Of a stretch of DNA of 64,000 nt, positions 1-11,700 are shown piece by piece (positions within the stretch are counted from its first letter, which is position 1; the number at the start of each line of letters is the position of its first letter). Origin of the DNA: Laetmonice hystrix. Its lineage: Eukaryota. Both the position numbers and the translations under genes were made by a program. Under the pieces are notes generated by a model. It had not been told where the DNA came from. It did not search any database and saw only the letters and a program-made list of their open reading frames with translations. The stretch is taken from assembly GCA_965235115.1 (NCBI GenBank), contig OZ249441.1:15066001-15130000 (forward strand), given 5' to 3'.

Positions 1-793
1 AGCTAAGGTGGAGCTCTCTCCAGCTAAAGTGGAGCCTTTAACCATAGAAAAGTGAGTTGGTTACCAAGTTTTACATCTCTATAAAGTCTATCAGTAACTC
101 CTTGTGCCGGGGACAGCGGGCTGGGTGGCACCAGTAGGAGGACGACCCGTTTGGTGGTAGCGGGATGTAAAGTCTGCCTGCAGCTCTTGACGAGCATGAG
201 AACTGGCAGGTCGGGCTACAGCACTGCAAGGTTCGTGGCTGTTATCTGTGAGTTAAAGAGGAAGACACAGGGCCGATAAGCCAGGTGCTAACACGGCCAA
301 CGTCCAGGGCTGCAGCGCGGCACATCATTGACTTATGTCGGCCGCTAGTTTGGGGCCGCATGCCCCCAGGATGAACCCATTTCTTGGAGTCGAAGAGGCA
401 ATTTATCATTGTTCATACTGAATGTAGGAACTTGAGAAAAAAAGGGGGCGTAGTCAAGGGAAGGGGTCAATTATTACAGGGAAACATGCTGCTACCTCGT
501 GGCGTGACCTCTGCACACAGGTAGACTACTTGACGAAACCTTTTTCTTACATTCGCTGCCTTCCAAGTTGAAGGAAATTGAGGTGCACCATCAATTTGGA
601 GCTTAGCTTTACGTTATTCATATATTATTCTTTTATAAATGCATTTAGTTCACCTCAGTATGGACAGGTCTTTAATGATATGATTGCTCTCAGATATACA
701 TGAATATCTTTTAATTAACCCCTAAGCGATATGTATCAGTTACATGTAGCCCCTTTAAATTCTCAAAGCCGGGTTAAAAGGGTCTGAGGAGAT

Positions 794-960
794 CCTATCG
801 AAGCGGTCAGATCTACTGGTGGAGGACACCGGAGTATCCGGCAAAACCTTCTTGCTGGAAACAATTCATGTTGCGGACGTTTCGACCTTTGAAAACAAGC
901 GGTGGTTGTGTCTATGTGTTCATGCGACCAGTGTAAAAGGAATCCAAGTCCCCCTGAAAT
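794..960 (-). mobile_element. Degenerate SINE fragment
   Basis: Minus strand ggttttgccggatactccggtgtcctccaccagtagatctgaccgc resembles, from memory, the conserved ggttttctccgggtactccggtttcctccacc…ctgaccgcc core of lophotrochozoan tRNA-SINEs. Confidence 0.5.
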
Positions 961-2650
961 GCAGGTCCGACGGCCCTGCATTCCTAGGACTTGAAGTCCA
1001 TGATGGTGTAGTATTTAAATATTTCTTCATAATCCTATCCCTAATCCTAACTGTAACCCTAATCCATTTGTATATTCTTAATTGTCTTATACGACGAGGT
1101 TGATGACCAAAGACCTGCATAACCAAGGAATCCAGGTCCGGCGGACCTCCATTCCGGCGGACTTATACATTCCCTTCACACCTGAAGGAAGACTGCACCG
1201 AGTGCTCTTGCCTTCTTACAGAGTGGTATCCGATTTTACCCCGCCAAGTGTTCTCATTTAGGGTCTGTTATATACTGTAACCTCCGCGCCTGTATACCTT
1301 GACGTGTGGGTGGGACACTGACCTGGGGTTATGGGTGGTTCGGGGGAAGGCATCGATCTTTGCATTTTGCTAGCCGTCCTAACTCCCGGAACTCGTATAA
1401 AAGATCGTGAAGAGGTTCTAGTCGACGTAAACTAGATACTGTAAAAGAAGGCATTCTCTGGCTCTATATACTGCTAGCCATTCGCGACTAAACCATGTGT
1501 TTGGTTTGGCAAACGTCTTCAGTAAATGAGAGGCATGTGGCCACATTGTCCGAGCTGAACGCAGGCCCTCGTCTGTTTCTGATAACCTACTTAGCTCCTC
1601 AAAACGGGACTTGATTTTTAAGGTTTTGATCAAAGACGCAACAGTGTCACGCATGGAGACGGCCGGTGACATATATTGGGAAGAGGATGGTGGTAATGGG
1701 TATCGTATTGGAGTAGCGGTGTGTGGGGTTTACAGGTTTGGGTTCACGGGGAGGCGGGGAACGCTCTGTACGGGTCATGGCGTCACGTCATGTGTATACC
1801 GAGTCTGACACCAGCCAATCGGAATGCAGTGTGACCACTACCAGTGGCCCCGACACTCGCGCCGTCCCTACAGCTCCCAAAAACATCTTGATTGAATTCT
1901 CGGAGGCCAGTGTAACAGAATCCTAGCCATTCCTCCTGCCGTACTCCTGGATAAGTTGACTTTGGCTAACTTTCCCACCCCGAATAATTTCCCTGGCCTT
2001 GTCCGCCAAGGGCACGCCACATGGCACGTATTGTTTCCGCACTAAATGGTTTTTGTTTCTCTAGGCCAGTACTTATACTTCCAACTCGGAATAATCTAAA
2101 AGTCGTTGCTTAATCTAAAAAAAATATCTGGTTATATAAGTTCATACAAAACAGATTGCCATTGTCCGGGATAAGTTGATCATCGCAGACAAATTTCGTT
2201 TAAATTTTGAAAGACAACGACCTACACTTGCCTTTACATAAACAGTTATGATGATCCGGAGTTGTCTTCAATGTGTATTGTTTCTCATGTTCTGCAAACG
2301 TCAGCATATTTAGTCTTATAAAGTAGGAATGTTTATGAACGGATGAGAACGGTGAAACGCCCACAATTACCTACGACCCCATCTTCAGCATTAATTACCC
2401 CCTGCCCTCCTCAAAGGGACACTGGCGTGCAATAAATAGGTCTCAGGACTGAAAATCCTGCGACAGGACGTGAACCCCACAGGTCACCCACTCCCCACAC
2501 AGTAGCTTGTTTCCCTTCACTTTCAAACAGATTTCCAGCAGTAATAATAATCTATGAAGTTTGTTTTTTGTGTTTTGATGTAAAGGAGAGTGAAGATAAC
2601 ATTTGGGTTATGTATCCAGTATTCTGATTGGTTGTTCTTTGTGTATTCAG

Positions 2651-2701
2651 GTGGAGGACATGCTGACGGTCAGATGTAACACCTCGTGTCGTCAACAACA
2701 G
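2651..2701 (+). CDS. ROS1: ROS1-like exon, first CxxxC pair (VEDMLTVRCNTSCRQQQ)
   Basis: ttcag|...cag|gtgagt, 51 nt, phase 0-0, CNTSC motif; separated from the next confident exon by 25 kb. Confidence 0.65.
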
Positions 2702-5700
2702 GTGAGTAGGACTCATTACTCAGGAACAGTTGGACTATTAAATTACTAGCTCAGGAACAGCTGGACTATTAAATTACTAGCTCAGGAACAACTGGGCCCG
2801 GTTTTTTGGTTTACTTTTCCACCATGAGCAAGGGTGAGCATGAGCTCATTCTCACCGTTTTCCATGAGGCGTGCTCATGGTGAGCAAGCTCACGTAAAAA
2901 CACCCCAAAAAACGAAAACAGTGAGCAAAACGGTGAGCATGAGCTTCTGCTCACCCTTGCTCAGCTCAACTCACCCTCACGGTGGAAAAGTAAACAAAAA
3001 AACCCGGGCCCAGGACTATTAAGATACTAGCTCAGGAACAGTTGGACTATTAAATTACATTGTGTACTAGCTCGGGAACAGCTGGACTATTAAATTACTA
3101 GCTCAGGAACAGCTGGACTATTAAATTACTACCTCAGGAACAGTTGGACTATTAAATTACTAGCTCAGGAACAGTTGGACTATTAAATTACTAACCCAGG
3201 AACAGTTGGACTATTAAATTACATTGTGTACTAGCTCAGGAACAGCTGGACTATTAAAGTACTACCTCAGCAACAGCTAGACTATTAAATTACTACCTCA
3301 GGAACAGTTGGACTATTAAATTACTAGCTCAGGAACAGTTGGACTATTAAATTACTAACCCAGGAACAGTTGGGCTATTAAATTACATTGTGTACTAGCT
3401 CAGGAACAGCTGGACTATTAAAGTACTACCTCAGCAACAGCTGGACTATTAAATTACTAACCCAGGAACAGTTGGGCTATTAAATTACTAGCTCAGGAAA
3501 AGTTGGACTATTAAATTACTAGCTCAGGAACAGTTGGACTATATTACTAGCTCAGGAACAGTTGGACTATTAAATTAACATATTCAATCAGGTCTTCGGT
3601 GTAATCATATCATTTATCATAATTGGTATCAAAGGCGATTGAGGGTGATTAACGATGTTTGGTTAATAGATGGTTTATTTTAAATAAAGAGCGAAGATTG
3701 TTATTGGTGGCTAGGGTAATAGGGCCTACCAATAAAAGTATTACCTTGATTTTTTTAAGCAATAAGTTTATAGACGCTTTCACTCTCTAGGTTGATTCTG
3801 TACATTACTTCTCGAAGCAGCTATAGACCTACTTCTGTTGGGATGCACAAGTTTTGGAGTATTCAGACTATTTGAAAAGTACTACAGCCGTGCTTGAGAA
3901 CGACCATTATGTGTTAATGAGCTTAGATCTAAAACGCGATTTACCTTGATATATGGCCGCGTACTACCGGTCTCGACACAACAGGCCATTATTCACCATT
4001 TACAAAATCTAAGGATAACTGCGCAGTTTTACCACTAAATCTAAGACACCAGTATATGTAAACTGGTTCAGTATCCGCCTTGTGGTGTCAATCATGCAAA
4101 GTTCACACGGGTTGAAAGGTGGTTCGGTATTCTGGCCAAAGTCAAATGCAGAGGTATGAAACGCTGTGCACAAGAGTGGAGGATTCGAATATCTGGGCCT
4201 ATAATATACTCGGGCACCACTGTAGTACCCTGGATGTGGACGACATATTTAACTCGTGCTGTAGATGTCTTCTCTAGCAGTCAGTAGCCCGCCATTCGGA
4301 AAGATGATAGGTAAGCCTTGCGTCATGCAACACCAGGTGTCAACAGAAAGCATTTCTGTGAATACATGTTTTTTTTCTGTGTGACGACAGGATACAGAAA
4401 CAGGATCTGTATTAGTTTGGAGGAGTTTGGCGGGGGCCTTTCCAGTTCCGGCATGGTCTTTCCGTGAGCTGACACGTGGCCTTTCAGTGGAAACTGTTGA
4501 AGATGAGAAGTTCTGTCTCTCTACAAGATGTTTCTAACCAGGGCTCCGTGTTGATTAAGTGGTCGTAATCCCTGACACTGGATAGCCACGTAGTCATTTG
4601 TCGATGGGGATATGTCCTGGTAATGCTGAAGTTGTTTTAGTACCTAGTCCGCCATACAACTCAACAGGTATAGTACAGAAAGGTCATTCCTTTACCTTGA
4701 GAAGTTTCACGAGGGTTTATTAGCCAAAGTTTTTAGTCATCAAAGAACCGGATTTAAAATGAATACTGACGGAAACTTTTGTGGTAATACGTATATATAG
4801 TCACTATTTTGAGTAAGTTTTTATCGGTGGGCGGGCACGAATTCTACTGCCTCTTATCATTTGGCATTAAGAACTCTGGCAACTCATATAATTATGGCAT
4901 AAATAATTCAGCCTGTACTCTTTTGTAGCATCTTAAAGGGGCATATTATGAGGAAACGTGAAAAATCGGTATTTCAAAGAACTTGCTGTTTTCATAAAGA
5001 TATCCTTCATTAAAATTGCTTGGTAAACAAAGACAGACTTATCAGGTTCATTTTGCGTGAGAAATCGAAGTTTATGAAGCTCCCTTGCCCGCTTCTCTGC
5101 CGATTTCGTCAAATATTTTTTGGGGGCATTCTGATGCCGGACGATCGAGTGCAACTGCTGAATTGTTTAGAAATAAGCGAAGCACGTGACTAACACTGTG
5201 CCGACACCTACCAGCGTAACTCGAGTTACCTAGGTTCAACATGGCGGACGGTAAGTTCAGCCCATTTTCTCCCTCACGATTGCTTCTCTATTAGCGCATT
5301 GTATATCTAAATATTTGGTTTGGGAAGAGTTTATGAACGGTTCATTATGTGTATGGGGTTCCTTCCATGTAATCTTAGTTGCTGAAGGAGAAATCGCGTA
5401 CTGTTTTGGGGCTAGTACCTGCGTAACTCTATCTCAGGGAAACAGACAAACCAACGTAACTCGAAGGCTTGTACCTGCGTAACTCTCTGTTTATGCACTA
5501 AGGTGCACACCCAGATAATATGATGCAAGGAGACAATTAGGGGGCCTACACCCAGGAGTGTTCATAAGGACCCTTATTTTTGTCCTATCCATACTTTTGA
5601 CGGGTGTGCCCAGCACAAACTGATCCATAGACATGTCTACAGCAAAATTAACCGAGTTCACCTTCCAGTAGTTACTTTGCCGAGTTACGCTGGTAACCGC

Positions 5701-8700
5701 CCAAAACTGGGTTAGAGTTACGCAGGTACCGCAGAATGAGTTACGCAGGTACTAGCCCCAAAACAGTACGCGATTTCTCCTTCAGCAACTAAGATTACAT
5801 GGAAAGAACCCCATACACATAATGAACCGTTCATAAACTCTTCCCAAACCAAATATTTAGATATATAATGCGCTAATAGAGAAGCAATCGTGAGGGAAAA
5901 AATGGGCTGAACTTACCGTCCGCCATGTTGAACCTAGGTAACTCGAGTTACGCTGGTAGGTGTCGGCACAGTGACTAAGCACATGCAGAGAGTGCACACG
6001 CAGGATGTGACGCAGTACGCGATTACATGGGTTGATGGGAGGTTGTCTACCAAATTATGGTGGGAGATGTGCTATCGGGAGAAATCTATGCGTTTGGTCG
6101 TATAGAACCTACTTGTGCTGCATACAAGACAAAATGCTGTGGTAGGATTATTTACTTGGATCCCTAGTACACGGTCATGTTGGATAATTGCCGGAAATCC
6201 TCCAAAACGTGTTCCATAGCATGCCCCTTTAAACAAGTCTGAACGGGAAAGGGGTACTTCTGATGAATTACAGTGGAAGAGTATTGCATAAGATATATTA
6301 TTAAAATATATATTTCAACTTTCAAACAAATTAACGACACCAACAGGCCACTGAACCACGATTCATTTTACCCCTTTTTTTCATATACCTCCTCAACGTA
6401 AACGATTATTGCCACGGTTAATCACTCCCCGTTAACCGGCAACGAATGGTATACCAGCCTCACATACCAACCCATCGTCTGACACTTGTTGACCAGTTTC
6501 ACTTTCAAGAAAAAAAGTTGACTTTTTTTTCCTTTTGATCCTTGGAGAAGCGATGGGCTAAGAGTTGGCAGGGCGCGCGGTTAGACATCGCTTTGAAGGC
6601 CACAGCAGAAGTCCATGATCTTTGTTGGAGGCATAGATCTCCGTCCCTGGCAGTCAAACTAAATGGGCTCTGTGAGTACCCGTCAGTTGGCCTCCTCACG
6701 CACAGAGGGTTTCAATAGAGGTTGGGGGGATCCGTCGTCTCGGCTGGCCCCATCGCCGCCTGTCCCCGGACTGAGATCTAGATAAGATTAGTCTAATCAC
6801 AGAACCTGTAGTCTAACACTTAGACACGTGGGTCGGATTCATTGACTTAATGAAAGGGGACATTTTGGTGGATGTGATTACCATTGACTCCAACCGAACA
6901 CACATGGTCGGACAACACCTGGTAAAGTCTGTGCGTGCGTGCTGTGCGTGCTGTGCGTGCAAGGAGTTATACAGTTGGTGTCGGATTCCCGGCCAACTGC
7001 AACTAACCAGGCAATTTGGACCTCAACCGTGTGAGTTATAGGGACCCATGGATTATGGGCAAGAAATAACTGAGCCTGAGGTGCTGCTGCTGCTTCTGCT
7101 GCTGCAGGACCTTCGAGTGCTTCGACTGCCTGGGACAGACAGAGCTGGCCAGGCAGCTGTTGAAAGCAGTCTTGTAACTTGTATAAATATCACTGTAATA
7201 CGTGTTCGGCCTGGTGCCTGGAGAACAGCTCACGTGGTAAGCGCAATCTTCGCTGATGAGTACGGGTGTAATATTTTATCTGTCTCCCAGAGCCTGTAGG
7301 AGGTGGACGGGGGGGGGGTCTCCCAGAGCCTGTAGGAGGGGGACGGGGTGGTCTCCCAGAGCCTGTAGGAGGGGGACGGGGGGGTGGTCTCGCAGAGCCT
7401 GTAGCAGGGGGACGGGGTGGTCTCCCAGAGCCTGTAGGAGGGGGACGGGGGGTCTCCCAGAGCCTGTAGGAGGGGGACAGGGGGGTCTCCCAGAGCCTGT
7501 AGGAGGGGGACGGGGTGGTCTCCCAGAGCCTGTAGGAGGGGGACGGGGTGGTCTCCCAGAGCCTGTAGGAGGGGGACGGGGGGGGTGGTCTCCCAGAGCC
7601 TGTAGGAGGTGGACGGGGGGGGGGTCTCCCAGAGCCTGTAGCAGGGAGACGGGGGGTCTCCCAGAGCCTGTAGGAGGGGGACGGGGGGGGGGGTGGTCTC
7701 CCAGAGCCTGTAGGAGGGGGACGGGGGTGTCTCCCAGAGCCTGTAGGAGGGGGACGGGGGTGGTCTCCCAGAGCCTGTAGCAGGGGGACGGGGGGGCTCC
7801 CAGAGCCTTAGGAGGGGGACAGGGGGTCTCCCAGAGCCTGTAGGAGGGGGACAGTGGGTGGTCTCCCAGAGCCTGTAGGAGGGGGATGGGGGGGGGGGGT
7901 CTCCCAGAGCCTGGAGGGGGACGGGGAGTGGTCTCCCAGAGCCTGTAGCAGGGAGACGGGGGTCTCCCAGAGCCTGTAGGAAGGGGACGGGGGTGGTCTC
8001 CTAGAGCCTGTAGGAGGGGGACGGGGGGTGGTGGTCTCCCAGAGCCTGTAGGAGGGGGATGGGGGGTGGTCTCCCAGAGCCTGTAGGAGGGGGATGGGGG
8101 GGGGGTCTCCCAGAGCCTGGAGGGGGACGGGGAGTGGTCTCCCAGAGCCTGTAGCAGGGGGAGGGGGGGGGTCTCGCAGAGCCTGTAGGAGGGGGACGGG
8201 GGGGTGGTCTCCCAGAGCCTGTAGGAGGGGGACGGGGGGGTCTCCCAGAGCCTGTAGGAGGGGGACAGGGGGGTCTCCCAGAGCCTGTAGGAGGGGGACG
8301 GGGGGCGGGGGTCTCCCAGAGCCTGTAGGAGGGGGACAGGGGGGTCTCCCAGAGCCTGTAGGAGGGGGACGGGGGTGGTCTCCCAGAGCCTGTAGGAGGG
8401 GGACAGGGGGGTCTCCCAGAGCCTGTAGGAGGGGGACGGGGGTGGTCTCCCAGAGCCTGTAGGGGGACAGGGGGTCTCCCAGAGCCTGGAGGGGGACGGG
8501 GAGTGGTCTCCCAGAGCCTGTAGCAGGGGGAGGGGGGTCTCGCAGAGCCTGTAGGAGGGGGACGGGGGGCGGTGTCCATGTGCGGCGCCTTTCCAATGAA
8601 GAAATCTCGATTCATATCTAGAAGTTCTCTCCATCTCCGTGATTTTAATCGAAGACAACGTCTTGGTTATCCCTGAAGCCGGCCTGCCTGACAGTTCCCG

Positions 8701-11700
8701 ATGAGATGCTAGGTTATCCCTGAAGCCGGCCTGTCTGACAGTTCCCGATGAGATGCTAGGTTATCCCTGAAGCCGGCCTGTCTGACAGTTCCCGATGGGA
8801 TAGGTTATCCCTGAAGCCGGCCTGTCTGACAGTTCCCGATGAGATGCTAGGTTATCCCTGAAGCCGGCCTGTCTGACAGTTCCCGATGGGATAGGTTATC
8901 CCTGAAGCCGACCTGTCTGACAGTTCCCGGTGAGATGCTAGGTTATCCCTGAAGCCGGCCTGTCTGACAGTTCCCGATGAGATGCTAGGTTATCCCTGAA
9001 GCCGGCCTGTCTGACAGTTCCCGGTGAGATGCTAGGTTATCCCTGAAGCCGGCCTGTCTGACAGTTCCCGGTGAGATGCTAGGTTATCCCTGAAGCCGAC
9101 CTGTCTGACAGTTCCCGGTGAGATGCTAGGTTATCCCTGAAGCCGGCCTGTCTGACAGTTCCCGATGAGATGCTAGGTTATCCCTGAAGCCGGCCTGTCT
9201 GACAGTTCCCGATGAGATGCTAGGTTATCCCTGAAGCCGGCCTGTCTGACAGTTCCCGATGGGATGCTAGGTTAACCCTGAAGCCGGCCGGCCTGACAGT
9301 TCCCGGTGAGATGCTAGGTTATCCCTGAAGCCGGCCTGTCTGACAGTTCCCGATGGGATAGGTTATCCCTGAAGCCGGCCTGGCTGACAGTTCCCGATGA
9401 GATGCTAGGTTATCCCTGAAGCCGGCCTGTCTGACAGTTCCCGATGAGATGCTAGGTTATCCCTGAAGCCGCCCTGCCTGACAGTTCCCGATGAGATGCT
9501 AGGTTATCCCTGAAGCCGGCCGGCTTGACAGTTCCCGATGGGATAGGTTATCCCTGAAGCCGGCCTGGCTGACAGTTCCCGATGAGATGCTAGGTTATCC
9601 CTGAAGCCGGCCTGTCTGACAGTTCCCGATGAGATGCTATAGGTTATCCCTGAAGCCGGCCTCCCTGACAGTTCCCGATGAGATGCTAGGTTATCCCTGA
9701 AGCCGGCCTGTCTGACAGTTCCCGGTGAGATGCTAGATGCTGAAGCCGGCCTGCCTGACAGTTAGTTCCCGATGAGATGCTAGGTTATCCCTGAAGCCGG
9801 CCTGTCTGACAGTTCCCGATGGGATAGGTTATCCCTGAAGCCGGCCTGTCTGACAGTTCCCGATGGGATAGGTTATCCCTGAAGCCGGCCTGACAGTTCC
9901 CGATGAGATGCTAGGTTATCCCTGAAGCCGGCCTGACAGTTCCCGATGAGATGCTAGGTTATCCCTGAAGCCGGCCTGCCTGACAGTTAGTTCCCTATGA
10001 GATGCTAGGTTATCCCTGAAGCCGGCCGGTCTGACAGTTCCCGATGGGATGCTAGGTTATCCCTGAAGCCGGCCTGACAGTTCCCGATGGGATGCTAGGT
10101 TATCCCTGAAGCCGGCCTGACAGTTCCCGATGAGATGCTAGGTTATCCCTGAAGCCGGCCTGTCTGACAGTTCCCGATGAGATGCTAGGTTATCCCTGAA
10201 GCCGGCCTACCTGACAGTTCCCGATGAGACAAAGTTTGAGCGGAGGGGGCGCCGCCCTTAATTTTGTTGATCTTCACAGCGTTTGTTGTTGAAAGGGCTC
10301 ATATACTTGTGGACCTAAAGTCGACCCGACCCCTGGAGTAAAAACGACAACATTCTAACATCCCTCAATAATTATATCCACGCCCCTAACCAACAAGAAC
10401 TTCTGGTCGCCTTGCCCTAACTCGATCCTTTCATGCATGGATAAGGTAATAATATAATTGGAAGCAGTTGGTTTTGAAACTAAACGGCAAATTTCGCAAT
10501 CGCAACTTCCAAAATTTACCCACATGGACTCTAAAATAGACGACTCTGTCTATCGTGGACAGGAGGGTTCTGGTGGATTTCTAAGTTTATCTTTTATAAG
10601 CTTCCAGGTGGTATTCTGAGTGCAGAAGGCAGTGCTGAGCAGACCGTGTGTCAACAAGAGATTGCCAGGGTAGTGTATGCCCAATCTGGTGGAGACCGCT
10701 TCGATCAGAAACCTCTCCGTCTACATTTTCATCATTAGCGCCGTGGTATGGCTTATGTCGGGGTGCGCCGACCCTGTCGACTGGCTCCAGCTGCTGCCGC
10801 TAACCGCCAGCCACAGATAATGAAACTGAAAGGATATACTAGTGATTCCGTAATACTGTTTTTACATCGGCCCCATTATACAAAAGGTCCATGTTTGTAA
10901 ACAGCTGCGGAATTAGCTACAGATGCTGCATGCTTGGTTGTTTTAATTACCTGTATGTAGTGGTGTTCAAGCCCCGGAATAATAACAATGGAGTTGAGTG
11001 GGGTTTTTTAATAAGATGTGTCAACTTTCAAGGGGCCCCCACATTCCCTGTGGGTGAATGTGTGTGTTACGTATGTCTCAGCGGTAGGGTAGGCGGCCTG
11101 ACTCGGTACAGTTGGGTAAGCCCGTGGCCCGCCTCTGGTAGGCCCAGCAGGACTGGTTACGATACGGCCAGGGGCATCACTTGGGGCAACCAGCCACGGG
11201 CCTGCCCACCGCCTGGGGCCGCCCGGGGGTAGTTAGCACGGCTATCGGGATTTAGTGCCTGATTGCTGATAATGCAGGTGCCCCACACACACCACCACCA
11301 CCACCACCACCACCACCACCAAGCCCTGTAGTATAGGTCAATCCGTCCAGGGCATGGGTCCGCGTGATGTCCTTGACAATGCGGGACTCTGTTCCAAAGA
11401 TTTTGAACGTGCATAGAAGGATGTCCATGTAGGAATATCCTTATTTACAGGCCCAATGATGAGTTCATTAAAACACATGGTCAGTGTCAGATTGTCCGAG
11501 TGAGGACAGGTTAACCATGTGGCATACATCCACACCGTGTTCTACTGTCACAATCGTGACCCTGGTGTACGTCACAGTCGTATTCTTCTGTCACAAGTCT
11601 CAGCTGGTGTCACACTGTCACGTGTTGTCCGTCACCAGCTCACACATCTCCCGGCAAGTAGCACTCTACTGAACGGCCCACCATTGGACAGGAAACAAAA

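Noticed and set aside
184-247. Exon-like segment LDEHENWQVGLQHCKVRGCY with AG/GT ends
   Set aside because: Ends in phase 2, incompatible with the phase-0 exon at 2651 (joining gives a stop); may still be real with another partner
1400-2040. Protein-like minus-strand fragments (…IKSRFEELSRLSETDEGLRSARTMW…)
   Set aside because: Could be a decayed transposon ORF, but I recognise no motif; needs BLASTX
5194-5235. True V(D)J-type recombination signal sequence
   Set aside because: Heptamer-like end present but no nonamer at 12 or 23 bp spacing
7276-8658. 460-aa, 262-aa and 204-aa Pro-rich ORFs
   Set aside because: Translations of a stop-poor C-rich minisatellite; frames drift with G-run length
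10677-10820. 47-aa ORF with a hydrophobic stretch (LSVYIFIISAVVWLMSG)
   Set aside because: No promoter, splice or homology support; expected by chance in 64 kb
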